Shown here piece by piece: positions 1-36,516 of a stretch of 64,000 nucleotides of DNA (the first letter of the stretch is position 1; every line of letters begins with the position of its first letter). Both the position numbers and the translations under genes were made by a program. Source of the stretch: Octopus vulgaris (taxonomy: Eukaryota); assembly GCA_951406725.2 (NCBI GenBank), contig OX597815.1, forward strand, positions 168,392,001 to 168,456,000, in the 5' to 3' direction. The notes under the pieces are model-generated. The model was not told the origin of the DNA. It saw only the letters and a program-made list of their open reading frames with translations, and ran no database searches.

Positions 1-862
1 ATTATTTATTCGGGGTCGATTAAATGATGTACCAGTCAAGTACTTGGATCGATGGTATCGGCTAATTCCTTTCCTCTCAAAATTGCTAGAAAGAATTATA
101 ATCAACAGGTGTGATATTTCGAACAACGATGACAAATGTCAATTAAAATTGATAATGTTTGATATTCTTATAAATGTCAACAAAATTTTTCCTCGGTATA
201 TTTCTTAATAATTAACATTGTAATAACGTTGTACACAACCCATGTGTGTGTATGTATGTATATATGAATATATATCAGTGTCCCAAATTTTCTGCGGTGG
301 GCGGATTTTCTTTTAATGCAAGCACATTTGTGTTTCTCAACATTAAATCAATGTTAATATTCGATTTGATAAATACCTTGAAACTGAGGAACCCAGTGGT
401 TTTCAATAATTAAACAAGGCGTAAACCAGATTGCTCTTAATTAATTACATCAACCGTTTCTCTCGTTTCACTGAGATCCACTTTCTTTTCATCCCAATGA
501 AATATAACAAACGTCTGTTCCCTTCACGTGCTGGATTGATATTTCTAATCGATAAGATGTATTCCTTATTTTAAAAATAGATTCTTTGTATGTGACATGT
601 TGTTGTGCACGTAAGCAATATTGTGTTGATGTTGCTCAGTCCCACCCAAGTTAGCCTGATTGAATAGACGTATGATGAAAGGCGTTCCTCTTACGACCAT
701 TGCACTTTTTTTTTTTTTTTTGCATATCTAGGACTACAGTAGCCGATGTATCGTTCCTTTATATAGGACGACAGTGTGTGATTTGAAAGGATTTGGTTGC
801 TACTTCTAGTCGAATAAACGCACAGAAGCTCTCCTTAGCTTTTAATATACGTTGTGTAATGT

Positions 863-897
<35 letters not shown>

Positions 898-3239
898 CGC
901 ACACACACACGTACATCCACATATATGCATACATACATATATTGAATGTGTGTGTATGTCAGAGTATTTAGTATAGTACGAGCTGTGTGACCCTTCTGTA
1001 CTTAACAGATGCTTGCTTGCTATTTCCCTTGAGCGTTTGTATTCCTTTTTTTGTTTCGCGGCTCTCTCTCTCTCTTTTAGTTGAATGATTGTGACAATTT
1101 ACTCTCCCTGCATATTTGACCCGCCCACATAACTCCAGCATTCCTTGTAACACTAAGTTTTGATTACTAAGATGACGTATTTGAATTTAATCAAAATAAA
1201 AGACGGTTTTTTATGTATTTCTGATACAAACATATCATCTAATTGGATGTAATTACGTTTTTTAAAAAAATTTAAATAGTCAGTAGAACTTAGTTGGAAT
1301 GGTAAAATACAAATAGCATAATCGTTTTGCTATTACTGGAATGTTATGTTGTATATCAGGTGAATGAGTATTCAATCTACTCTTTCGTTGCCCTAGTGAC
1401 CTAATCTAAAGTTTTTATTTATTTATTTATTTTCCTGAAGCTATTAATTAGTTTTACTTGTTTTCATAAAGCTTTCTGAATGGACTTGGTAGTGGAAAAC
1501 GAAAAGACGTCTGTCGCGCACGCGCGCGCATGTGTGTGAGTCTCCTACCCCTGCTTGACAACCTGTGTTGGTTTGTTTGTGTCACCATAACTTAGCTGAT
1601 TGGCAAAAGAGACCAAAAGAATCAGTACCGAACTTTCAAAAAAATAAGTGCTGGGATCGATCTGTTTGACCAGTGGCTTCAGGGTGGTGCCCCAGCATGG
1701 CTGCCGTATAATGACTGACTCGAGTAAAAAATAAATCTTGTGAATTTGTACAGAGAAAATATGAATAAAACAAACTAAACACAGCAGACTCAATGTTGTC
1801 ACCTTAATCCTCCTATCTTCTGGTGATATGGTTGATAAAATATCAGTAACAGCTGATATTTGATCCATAATCAGACAGATAAGAAAGTTTCTCAAAAATG
1901 ATGACTTTGTTTTCATTAAAGTTTCAAGAACAAAACATCACTTGTGTGTAATGACAGCAAGAAAGCTCCTAATTTATCTAGCTGTGTGAAACCTTTCATA
2001 ATGGCCACAAAAGAGGGAAAGAGAGGTTCCAACTTTTCAAAGAGCTGATTATTTATAACCATACTCAAAGTTCAGTTTTTTTGCCTCTACGCTCTTCCCC
2101 ACTTATGCACCAACGACTTGCTTGGCATCAACTGCATCAATGTTGACTTCAATGACTATACGACTACCTTTTATCCATTACCCACTTCGACCAAGCATTA
2201 CCCACACCTTTATCTCGGTACCTCATGCAATACCTACCATAGTCTTCATGAACAAAGTCATCAAAATATTCTCCAGTTGACCATAGACAGGAAACTATCC
2301 GATGCCAGTGCCGCCTTGACTGGCTTCCGTGCCGGTGGTATGTAAAAAGCATCCACTACACTCATGGAGTGGTTGGCGTTAGTAAGAGCATCCAGCTGTA
2401 GAAACATTGCCAGATCAGACTGGAGTCTGGTCCAGCCTCCTGGCTTCCCAGACCCCGGTCGAACTGTCGGCCACGTTTGGATGGTACTTTTTATGTGCCA
2501 CTGGTACGGGTATCACAACTACAATTTCCATTTGATTTTTATATTGATGTTGATGTACTTGACTCAGCAGGTCGCCCTATGATCTGAAATGAACATCTCA
2601 TCTTCTGTTTTGGCTTTCATGGCACTCATAATCTATTATCTACCCATCATTTCCTTAGCAACCAACTGATTACAGAGCATGGAACCCTATCAAAGACTTT
2701 TATTAGGTCAATCAATGTATGGTAGATAAATATTTACTCCTAGTTAAGTACATCCATAATTATCTCATTAGGCAGAGGACATCAGTAGCACAAATTCAAA
2801 CTGCTTTTCCTCTCATCTAATTCTCTTACATACCAGCTGTGCTATATCTCTTTCAGTAACAACATGCATGTGAATTTGTGTTTAGATAAATAGGTAGGTC
2901 AGTTTGTTGGTCAATCAACTTATGTTGTTCTAAGTTACATCCTTTTTTACTTTACATGGAAAAATAAACCTTAACTTCCATTAATGGAAAAATAAACCTT
3001 AACTTTCGTCAATTTATCCAACTTCATGTTGATCTCAGTGAACATATTTAAAAGCATAAAAATCTAAAAACACCTAAAAATCAATACTGAATGGAAAATC
3101 AAATAAAATGTATGTGAAAATATGTACAAATCGTTTATTCAAACAGATATATGCTTAGAAATTTTTTTTAATGATTTTATGTTATATTGTTTTCAAGTCA
3201 CATATGTTGGAGCCAATTAACAATGTAAATTGAGGTATA

Positions 3240-3285
<46 letters not shown>

Positions 3286-3435
3286 CAAAATAAGCAAAAA
3301 TTTAGATTCAGATGAAATTGTATGGATAATACCATACTAAATTCTGGTGCCTCAACTTAAGTACCATATTCATCAGAATCTAATTTTTTTTGCTGAACTC
3401 ATCTACCATACCCAAAGTGTATATATATATATATG

Positions 3436-3637
3436 TGACCTCATCTGTATCACTAGCGATTTTTTTTTCCCCTGTCTTCCCTTCTCGGGATCTTTCCTTC
3501 TCCTATGTTTCTGACGAAGAGCTCCGCTCGCAACGTCAAACCCTCCTTCTTCCCTTCTTTCCTGAGCATCCAATAATACTTTATTTGTTCCACGTCCTTG
3601 CGTTGTTGTTTTTTTGTTTTTGTTTTCTTGTTTGGAT

Positions 3638-3641
<4 letters not shown>
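3436..3641 (+). mobile_element. Short element inserted in (TA)n carrying a hammerhead motif (Penelope pLTR or retrozyme-like)
   Basis: About 205 bp pyrimidine-rich insert flanked on both sides by (TA)n; contains the motif at 3507-3541. Confidence 0.6.
3507..3541 (+). ncRNA. Minimal type I hammerhead ribozyme motif (probably inactivated)
   Basis: GTTT-CTGACGA-A-GAGC(TCC)GCTC-GCAA-CGTC-AAAC: stem I GUUU/AAAC, core CUGACGA, stem II GAGC/GCUC, palindromic ACGU stem III, GUC cleavage triplet; GAAA is changed to GCAA. Confidence 0.7.
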
Positions 3642-3672
<31 letters not shown>

Positions 3673-4449
3673 AATAAACAGATCAGATTTCAGTTTCAAA
3701 ACACACACACACCTGCCGAACTTATGTGTTTCACATGTCAGATGTCAAAGAGATTGCAGAACAATGTGAGATGAAGCACTTTGCCTCAAGAACACAATGC
3801 ATACCTGGTCCAGGAATCAAACTCATGATCTCGCAACCATGAATGCTACACTCTAACCCACTTGCCCGGGTGTTCTCACAAACGAAGTGAGATATAATTA
3901 AGTAGGTAGACACTGATACATTTTGTAGCTTAGGGATTTTGAAGATGTGATAGTTTATTTTCAGAATGACATTGCAGGATAGGTGTGAGTTGCTGGATCT
4001 GATCAGTTTCAATGATAAAGAGTTAATGTATGATAGAGGTTTTAAAAAATCAGTATTTAAGTGATGGAACAATGCATGTTTTTTCATGTTTATATGTATG
4101 TTTTGATAGTTTTTGGTTACATACACACACACAGACAGGTAAATAGACACACACACAGGTAGATAGACACATGTGCACACACACACACACACAGGTAAAT
4201 AGACACACACACAGGTAGATAGACACACACACACACACACATATATGCATATAGACATAATAGGCACAGGCATGGCTGTGTGGTAAGAAGTTTCATTCCC
4301 AACCATATAGTCTCAGGTTCAGTACAACTGCATAACACTTTAGACAAGTGTCTTCTACTATATCCCTGGGCCAAACGAAGCCTTGTGATAGGATTTGGTA
4401 GGCAGAAGCTGAAAGAAATCTATTGTGTGTGTGTGTATGCTTGTTTGTA

Positions 4450-6716
4450 TACAGTTCTATATTTGAGATGAGGAATTATCTTGTTTGTTGTTAACACACT
4501 ACATTTCAGCTTATATACTCTCCAGCCTTCATCAGGTTCTCATTCTTAAGGTATTTTTCGATGTTATTATTATTATTTTAGGGTTTATAAATCTAATATC
4601 TTCCTATCCTTCCTTAATACCAGTTCCCATATGCTACTTATATCTGCTTAGGAGTTTATTATATCCTAGCATATGTGCTGCTTCTTTTAGTTTCCGTATT
4701 TTCCAGTGGTGTTCTCTGTCTATTATTTTAACTTCATCCCACAGGGAGAGATGGTCTCTGTTTTTCCATATATGATCAACTATACTCAATTTATCAATAC
4801 CTCCTCGTGTCACAGCTTTGCGATGTTCCTTTACCCTTATTTTGAGGGGGCAGCATGTTTTGCCTTTGTATAACCTACCACTGCTGCATGGGATGGAGTA
4901 CACGCAGTCTTTGGTCATATTCTCTTCTGTTGGTAGTTTTACTCGAAAGAGATAATTGCGAAGTGTTGTATTACTCTTGAATACTGTCCTGATGTCATAT
5001 GGGCTGCATGTCTTTTATTCATAATTGGAGTGGATAGTATGTTTTGGGGGTAGTTGTTGCTTAATAGATTGTTACTTAGCTTGATCATTTCTTTGTAGTG
5101 TGTATCACAATTGCTACTTATATTCTTTGCTCGATGTTTTAGGCACTGAGCAATCCCTCTTTTTACACTGTATGGATGGTGGGAATTGAAGTCGAGGTAT
5201 CATCCGGTGAAGGCTGGCTTGTGGTATACAGATGTCCTGGATCCACACTTGGTGTGTGCTAATAATACATCCAGGAATGTTAGCTGATTGTCGTTTTCGT
5301 TTTCTATTGTGAACTGTATGGATGTCTTTATTGAGTTCACATGATCTAACAGTACTTGGACATCTTCCTGGCGGGACCAGAGTATAAAGGTGTCATCAAC
5401 ATATCACAGCCATAGGGTTGGGTTTAGTAGTGTTGATCCAAAAGCCAAATTCTCAAAGTATTCCATGTATATATTGACTATTATCGGTGATAATGGTGAA
5501 CCCATAGCTAAACCCTCTTCCTGTTGATATATATTAGTGTCCATTCTGAAGTAGGTAGTTTCTACACAGAAAATCAACATTTCCATCAAGTTTCCTATTG
5601 GTATACTTGTACATTCTTTTAGATGGGTGTCTGCCACAAGTTTTTCTTGAATCACCAATAGTGCTTCATTAGTTGGGACTTTGGTGAACAGACTTATCAC
5701 ATCTAGACTCACCATTTGGTTGGATCCAATGGGGATATCCTTGATCAATTCTGTGAAGTGGAATTCTTCATGTATGATGTTGACTTTCCTACTAATGGAC
5801 TGATTATATCCACAAGGAAGCGGCTCAATGGATGACATGCTGAACCTCTACAGCTCACTATAAGTCTTAATGGAATACCATCCTTGTGAATCTTAGGGAG
5901 ACTGTACATGTGTGGTAGTTTACTTTAGTGTTGAGTCAGTTGTCTGTACTTCATTGGTGTAAAGTGATCCTTGTTGATATATGGTTTGAGAAGTTTTGCT
6001 TTTTCTAGTACCTCTCTCACTTTTCACCTAAGTTCATCTTTTGGTATCTTTATGGCTATCTCTTCAATAGGGACTATTATGTCCAAGTATGGAATGCACT
6101 TGATGGTTGTTGCAAAGTTGAGACTTTTGTTTAGTACTGCTTCTTCAGAACTTTCTAGTTGTCTGCTACTTACATTAATTACTGCTTTCACAGATGGGTA
6201 ACGGACTTCAGTCTTCATTCTCTGACCTTTGAGTTTCATAAACTTCTTAATCTGGCATGTCTTCACTTTTTCAAATTCTTTCTTGTACGGCTTTTCTAGA
6301 TCTTGTTGAATTCTCTTTCTATCATCATCTCTGGTTATTTTCCTAAGTAATGAAGATAACCCCTCTCTGATTTTATTATTTAGTTGATGTTTTTTCCAGT
6401 GGTTATAATGGATCCTCTCACGGATGCAGACATGTCTTGCCCTTTCCGTTACTCTTTGAGCTTTATACGAATGCAATGATGTCATTACATTCAAGCCAAG
6501 TGGTATTAGCTTTGAGTCTCTACATTTACACAGGAAAGTTAGATGGTTTGAAAGCTGAGCTAGTTTTTGATGGAGTTCCTCTGTATGTCTTATGTTGGCT
6601 CCATACCGATTAGATAATACAGTTCTATATTTGAGAGATGAGGAATTATGTACATTATTTACATTTGACAGATATTTGTCCTCATCTTGTCAAATGTAAA
6701 TAATGTAAATAATGTG
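4450..6716 (-). mobile_element. Penelope-like retroelement (Penelope/Poseidon-type), degenerate RT plus GIY-YIG endonuclease with pseudo-LTRs
   Basis: N-terminal NHLTFLCKCRDSKLIPLGL; RT motifs MVSLDVISLFT, EGLAMGSPLSP, YVDD; EN CVYSIPCSSGRLYKGKT..LKIRVKEH; direct pLTR copies beginning atacagttctatatttgag at 4449 and 6617; degenerate hammerhead core (CTGATGA...GAAA, minus strand) at 4504-4535; frameshifts and stops. Confidence 0.9.
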
Positions 6717-7444
6717 CTTGTGTGTAAGCATGCATGCATGTGCTGCTGTCTCCTTGCCTTGTCTTCATGTGACTGTTGTAAATGAATGTCAGTATGTTGC
6801 AAGTGGTGTCCTTCATTTCCAGCCTTCCATGTAAACATGATTGGTCATGGGGAATACTACCTCACTTGGAAACAGGTGAAGGTTGGCAACAGGAAGGGCA
6901 TCTTTCTATAGAAAATCCACCTCAGCAAATCATATCTGAACCTGTACAAGCATGGAAAAGTGAGCACTAAATGATGATATATATATATATAATGAAACTA
7001 GAATGATATTTTAAAGGAAAATATAGATTAAATTATACCAGCTGCACATTCATATGCATAACTGTACAGGGATATAGACAGACAGAGAGATAGACAGATA
7101 GATAGAGAGCTAGAGAGAAGGGGAGGGAAGGGAATGTCAATACTTGCCATTAATTTTATTTAACATGTAATTACTATAACCGTATGATTAACATAATTTG
7201 AGAACTATGGTTTTTATGAACCTGCATGTTGCTTTAGAAATTTTTTCGCAGTTAATGGTGACGACTCAGCTTTTGTTTAGACATCACTAAAGGGTGTGAA
7301 TATATTTGAAAAAAGCAGAAAAATTACAGGTACCATAAATCCTCAAGTATAATCCGCATTTTTTTTCCCAAAATTTAAAGGTCAAAATCCCAAGTGCGTA
7401 CTATATATGAGGTTAAAAATGAAAAATATTTTCTAAGCAATGTT

Positions 7445-7980
7445 TTGAAATACTAAAGAGTAAATTTATTCAATAAAGTCGCCATTGACTTCAACCACAG
7501 CTGCCAGATGATTTCAGAATCTCCTGCAACTCTTCTGGATGGTTTCCTTGTTGGTGAATGCTGACATAATCCTTGCCTTCAGTTCATCTTTGGTGTTACA
7601 AGAAGTTTTGTTAGTCTCTCACTCAACTGCACCCAACACATAATAATCAAGGGGTTGCAGTGTGGGGAGTTAGGTGGCCAGATGTTAGGGGTGATGTGGT
7701 CACAGAAATTATCTGACAGCCATGACTGGGTTCTCCTGCTTGTGTGGCATGGTGCAGGGTCCTGTTGCCAGACATAGGGTCTTCCAGCAGCCACCCTCCT
7801 CACCCAGGGCAGCACTACCTCCTCCAGGCATTTGGTGTAGGCCTCTGGATTGAGTGTGAGACCATGTGGGAAGATGAATGGAGGCATAACGTTGCCATCA
7901 CTAGTGATCACTCCAAACACCATGGTGTTGACTGGATGTTTGATTTTTATCACTCTTGGTACATGTCTTCAAATTGACAT
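7445..7980 (-). mobile_element. Tc1/mariner transposase fragment, maT (DD37D)-type
   Basis: MVFGVITSDG..MPPFIF, WQQDPAPCHTSRRTQSWL, WPPNSPHCNPL; truncated and frameshifted. Confidence 0.8.
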
Positions 7981-8468
7981 CCAAACACTCTGAAATGTTC
8001 GTATTGGAGCTTCCTGTGTGTGTCTTTGTGTGTACCCTTGTCTTGAGATCATGGAATAGTTGTAAACAAGCAACACCATTAGACAGGTGATGTTCATTTC
8101 CAGTCTTTTTTGAAGAACATGTCTGGCCACGGGAAAATATTCCCTTTCTTGGAAACAAGTGAAGATTAGTAACAGGAAGTGCATATGACTACAAGAAATC
8201 TTTCTCAATAAATTCTGACTCATATGAGCATGGAAAAGTGGATGACAGAACGACAATGACAACAGTGTTGATGACAATGGTGATGGTGGTGGTGGTGGTG
8301 GGTGGAGTAGGGTGGGGGAGAAGAAAGCATGGAAAAAAACAGGTGAGACCTAAGGATCTGAGCAGTACAGAAGAAATGACAAAAGAAAAAGAGAATTAGC
8401 AATATGCTGAACGCATGTTCATCCAGCATTGACAGTTGGTGGCAGTGGTGATGTTACCTAGCTTTGGT

Positions 8469-8695
8469 TATATAAAAAGACTAGCTATTTTGACCCATGC
8501 TTCGCTCGGATTTTGGTGGTGGTGTTGTTTTGTGTGTGTTGTCTCCTTTTCTCTTTCTTCTTTTGTTCGTCTTCTTTGCCTGGTTCTTTTTATTGCCCTC
8601 TTCTTTACCCCTCTTTCCAAAATCCCCCAAATTTTTACACCCACAATTAAAGATAACCGCCTCTAGCCCCTACAGCAACATGAAAAGCCACCATT
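8469..8695. repeat. Copy 1 of a ~230-bp repeat with a Helitron/Helentron-like end (ACTAG...acccgtgcttcgctcgg)
   Basis: Near-identical to 9541-9770 (compare ORFs 8497 and 9567). Confidence 0.6.
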
Positions 8696-9540
8696 ATTCA
8701 AACAGCGCAATCTGTCTATCCCATAAAACTCAATTTTTCCCATATTCCTCACCATGGCAACCAAACGGTAGCCCCAAGTGACTTGCAACCCTCTTCACAC
8801 CATTGCCCACCCCATTTTACCCACCTGTGTAAATTTTGGTGCCAATCCATTCCCATCCCAAAATTAGACAAATACCCAAGAAATCAAACAACTTTTTCGC
8901 ATTTCAGTTTTATAGATATTGATGGAATGATTCTATTTAAAATGCCTTTGATCATAAATTTGCATAAATTTGCTGAACCAGGGCCTATATGAGATTAAAC
9001 AACAGCAACAGTAACAACAGTTCTTGCAGTTATATTTATTACCTGCTTTCCCTTTCTGTAGATTCTCCACCACTGGTAATATTTATATCACCTGTATAGT
9101 AGAAATGATCTTATTACAAGCAGTGGACAACTGAAATAGCCAATAGCCTTTGCTTCACAATACCATGTTCAGTTAATTACAGCCATGTAACCAATGCACC
9201 TAGAAATTTAGTTTCCTGTCAGTCAAGCAGACATCTCAGTGTGGCTTTCCTGAGCTCATTATTTGCGTGCACTATGTAAACAGTGTTGCGTTTGTATTAG
9301 CTTCCTTTCACATTTGTTTCTTTTTTTTTTGTTATTGCTCTGCTTTGTAATTTTCTGTTAAATTATCCACAAAGTCATGCTATCCATAACTGACTGTTAC
9401 ATTTTCCATAGCAATTATTTCTCTCACTTCTTGTTCTCTCCATGACAACAATTCCTCATTTATAAACTAGTTTATTTTAGGTCTATATATACCCTTGTCT
9501 CTGTAATATTCACAAAACCAGAATATTTGGCATATCTACA

Positions 9541-10030
9541 TATAAAAAGACTAGCTATTTTGACCCGTGCTTCGCTCGGATTTTGGTGGTGGTGTTGTTT
9601 TGTGCATGTTGTCTCCTTTTCTCTTTCTTCTTTTATTCATCTCCTTTGCCTGGTTCTTTTTATTGCCCTCTTCTTTACCCCCCTTTCCTAAATCCCCCAA
9701 ATTTTTACACCCACAATTAAAGATAACTGCCTCTAGCCCCTGCAGCAACACAAAAAGCCACCACCACCACATCCACCACCAGCTCACCCACCTCCACTAC
9801 CACCACCACAAATGCCATCACCACCACACACCAACATTGTTTCCTCATAACTTTCCAAAGAATTAATATTTTCAAATGAAATTTTCTACAAGTACCTTTC
9901 AGATGGTACAGATTATAATTATATTGCAATTTAATGTTCAAAAGAGAAAAAAATTAGTGCATATGCACACATACTTACTGTCATCACATATATATCTACA
10001 AAATGAAACTCGAACTTTTGAAAAATATTA
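9541..10030. repeat. Copy 2 of the Helitron-like repeat; related segments at 12900-13240 and 48720-49270
   Basis: Duplicate of 8469-8695 followed by a cataacttt...ttcagatggt.tagattat segment shared with 48750-48850. Confidence 0.55.
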
Positions 10031-10099
10031 TGTGATGTGTGTGTGTGTGTGTGTGTATGCATGTATGTTAAAAAAAATGATATATACGTATTTACTGAC

Positions 10100-12870
10100 A
10101 TTTTGGTGGATGGCCATTGACTGTTCAGGAGTTCATCCACCCTTTGACAGGTTTTATTTTTCATCCCGCTGGGTGTCCAAGCAAGCCTGGTGGGGTTGCC
10201 AGTTTAGTTGCCAACAACCTGACCATGCGACAGGTTGTACTGGATTATATGTTACCAGTAACACTCAAGAGCGACCTGGCACAACCCAAAAAGTTAAATG
10301 TTGCAAACTTTAAATTATCAAGCAGCTTGCAAAGATTCCACAATGCTATATAAAGTATGAATCTTGACCCAAACAATCTGCGAGAAGATTTCAAAATAAA
10401 ATTATTTCAGGTTGCAAGTTGGTCAGTGGGATTTAAATCATATAAGTCCAGTGACTGGTTCTCAGATAGATCAGCAGAAATTCATGATCTAATTTTAGAA
10501 AAACAAAACTTAGGTAATATACTTCTTTCTCAGTCCTTGAACTCCAACTCAAACGAAACTTACAGAAAGCTGAAAAGGGAAGTGCAGACTGCTCTAAGGA
10601 AAATTAAACAGGAATGGAGGAATGATAGAGCAAAAGGGGCACAAGAAGCAGCTGGTAGAAATGATGCCAAGGGTTTGTACTCTTATGTTAAGGAGGTATA
10701 TGTTCCAAAATCTTCTTCAATAGCTCCAGTGAGAACAGCAAATGGACGTTTTCTTCTGACTGATACCACGTCTATTCATAAGCGTTGGGTAGAGCATTTT
10801 TCTGCACTTTTGAATAGACCATCATCCATTAACATAAGGACGATAGATAAAATTGAACACCTTCCAGTTATAGAAGAGATGCCATTTGAACCAACTCTAA
10901 ATGACATTTATTTAGCTGTGAATAAGCTGAATAACAATAAGTCTCCAGGGTCAGATGGAATCTGTGCAGAAGTCTTGAAATATGAGGGTGACAAAATGTT
11001 TAAACTCTTAAATATATTAATTTGTCACTGTTGGAGAACTGAGAAAGTGCCTCAAGACTGGATTGATGCCATTTTAGTCTCCTTGTATAAATCAGGGCCA
11101 AAGGATCTGTGTGGCAATTTTTGTGGGATTTCGCTTTTGTCTATGGTTGGAAAGGTACTTGCCTGCACTTTGTTAGAACGTTTAAATACCTTTATAGTTC
11201 CAAATATAGTGTCTGAGTTTCAGTGTGGTTTTTGATCCTCCAGGAGCACAGCTGATTGTATCTTTACTGTCAGACAATTACAAGAAAAGTGCATTGAACA
11301 AAGCATTCGATACTGTTAATCAAAATGCTCCGTGGCTAATTCTAAGCCAAACAGGTTGCCCAGAAAAATTTGGTTACAAGATCAGGGCTTTGCATCAAGA
11401 TAGGAAAGCTAGAGTTAATTTTGGTGGTAGACTCTGAATCTTTTGCTGTGGAAAATGGAGTAAACCAAAGAGACCTTGATGCACCCATCCTCTTTGCAAT
11501 ATACTTTGCTGCTGTGTTGTCACATGCTTTTCAAAACTCTGAGGAGGGTATTTACATAAAATATTGAACAACAGGGAATGTTTTTAATCTGACCAGACTG
11601 AAATTCAAAATGAAGGTTGTTACTTCACTCATTAGGGAACTTTTGTATGCTGACGATTGTGATCTTGTCAGTCATTCTGAAACAGGTCTGCAAGCTCTTG
11701 TATCTGCATTTCCCTCGGCTTGTGATAATTTTGGCTTGACCATCAACTTGAAAAAAACAGTTGTAATGCATCAACCTGCATGTGGTGTTGTTTGTAACCC
11801 CACCCCCACTAAAATTTTTGTTAAGGGAAACTTACTTGAGGTTTTTGATTCATTCGTCTACCTTGGAAGCTCTGTTCAAAATGATGGAAATCAATATACA
11901 GAAATATAGCTGCGAATTCAAAAGGCAGCAAAAGCATTCAGTGGCTTGGAGTCACACATTTGGTGCCAGCGACATATAAATAAGAAAACAAAGCTGGCTC
12001 TTTACAAATCATTTGTCTTAGCATCTCTGTTGTATTCCTGTGAAACTTGGGCTTGTTATAAAAGGCATTTTAAATTGTTAGAACAATTCCACCAAAAATG
12101 CCTTCATCACATTTTAAAAATTAAATGGAGTTCTTTTACTTCAAACACAGATGTTCTTGCATCTTCAGGCATCACCTCAATTAAAGCTACGATTTTGAGA
12201 AACCAACTGAGATGGTGTGGCCATATTGTTTGAATGGCAGATGAATGCATGCCAAAACAGCTGTTTTATGGTAAGATTGCAGATAGGAAACACTATCAGT
12301 GTAAAGCTAAAAGAATGTTTAAGGACTACATAAGGACTACTATGAAGTCACTTGGAATGGTTCCAGAAGATATAGAAACCTTTGCTTTGGATTGAGTTGG
12401 ATGGTGAACAAAGGTGTGGAGTGAGAACATTTGAAGAGTTCATGGCAACGCAAGTAAGAAAGAGATTCTAAGGAAGAATGTAACGATTGAGAAGGTGAAT
12501 GACAATGACCTTTTTGTGTGCACAGTCTGTGACAGACCATGCCTGTCTTTTGCTGGCCTCAAATCTCATCTGTAAATGCATGGAAAACAAACCTCCAGCA
12601 ACTATTCTGTCTATATGTCTGTGCATTAGCTTTGAATGTAGTGTATACCAGAAGGTTTCCAAATCCAATGGAAGCCTCAAAAGACATTTTAAGATCTACA
12701 AAGAGCAGAACTTATCTGCAGCTCTTGGTTATCCAAATCAGAGGTGCAATCTATGTGGGTATCTTTTCAGAACATTGGTTTAAAAAGCCACATCAGACGC
12801 CATGATGGTGCTAAGGTGTAGGTATAGGAGGTGGTCAAATTCTGCATAAAGAGTAGACAACCACCATGTA
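10100..12870 (+). mobile_element. RTE-clade LINE (5'-truncated, degenerate) with RT and C-terminal C2H2-like motifs
   Basis: RWVEHFSALLNRPS, KSPGSDGI.AEVLK, GISLLSMVGKVLA, EFQCGF, KAFDTVN, ELLYADD, FVYLGS, LLYSCETW, QLRWCGH; split by frameshifts and stops. Confidence 0.92.
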
Positions 12871-13297
12871 TGTCTGGATGTGTGTGTGCATGTGTTCAGC
12901 CACCATTTTTTTTTCCACAACAAACTCTGATATAATCTAATCTACACCATCTGGAAGATATTTGTAAAACATTTTATTAAAAAATGCCAATTTTTATGAA
13001 AGATATGCAGAAACAAACACAACTTGTATAAATTATCCAAAACTTCTCTCCCCTCTGGCTCCAAAAACATTTTCCATCACAAATTCTTATATAATCAGAA
13101 TCTTACACCATCTAAAAGGTATTTGTTGAAAATTTCATTATAAATTTATCCATTTTCCTGAAAGATATGAGGAAACAAAGTTGGGCATGGGGGAGGAAGG
13201 CAGCACTTGTGTAGTTATACCAAATATTCTTAGTTATACTTATATAACAAAACAGTAAAATTTAGCATATGCTAATGTTTATTTGGTTTTCTTCTAG

Positions 13298-36516
<23,219 letters not shown>

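Noticed and set aside
2857-2893. Exon-like segment with ATG (MHVNLCLDK*)
   Set aside because: Stop codon before the donor; at most a UTR exon, unsupported.
7252-9290. Candidate upstream exons of the SNX-like gene (7281-7329; microexon 9062-9075; open frame to 9278)
   Set aside because: Phases fit only via a 14-nt microexon, there is no start codon and no PX/RA similarity.
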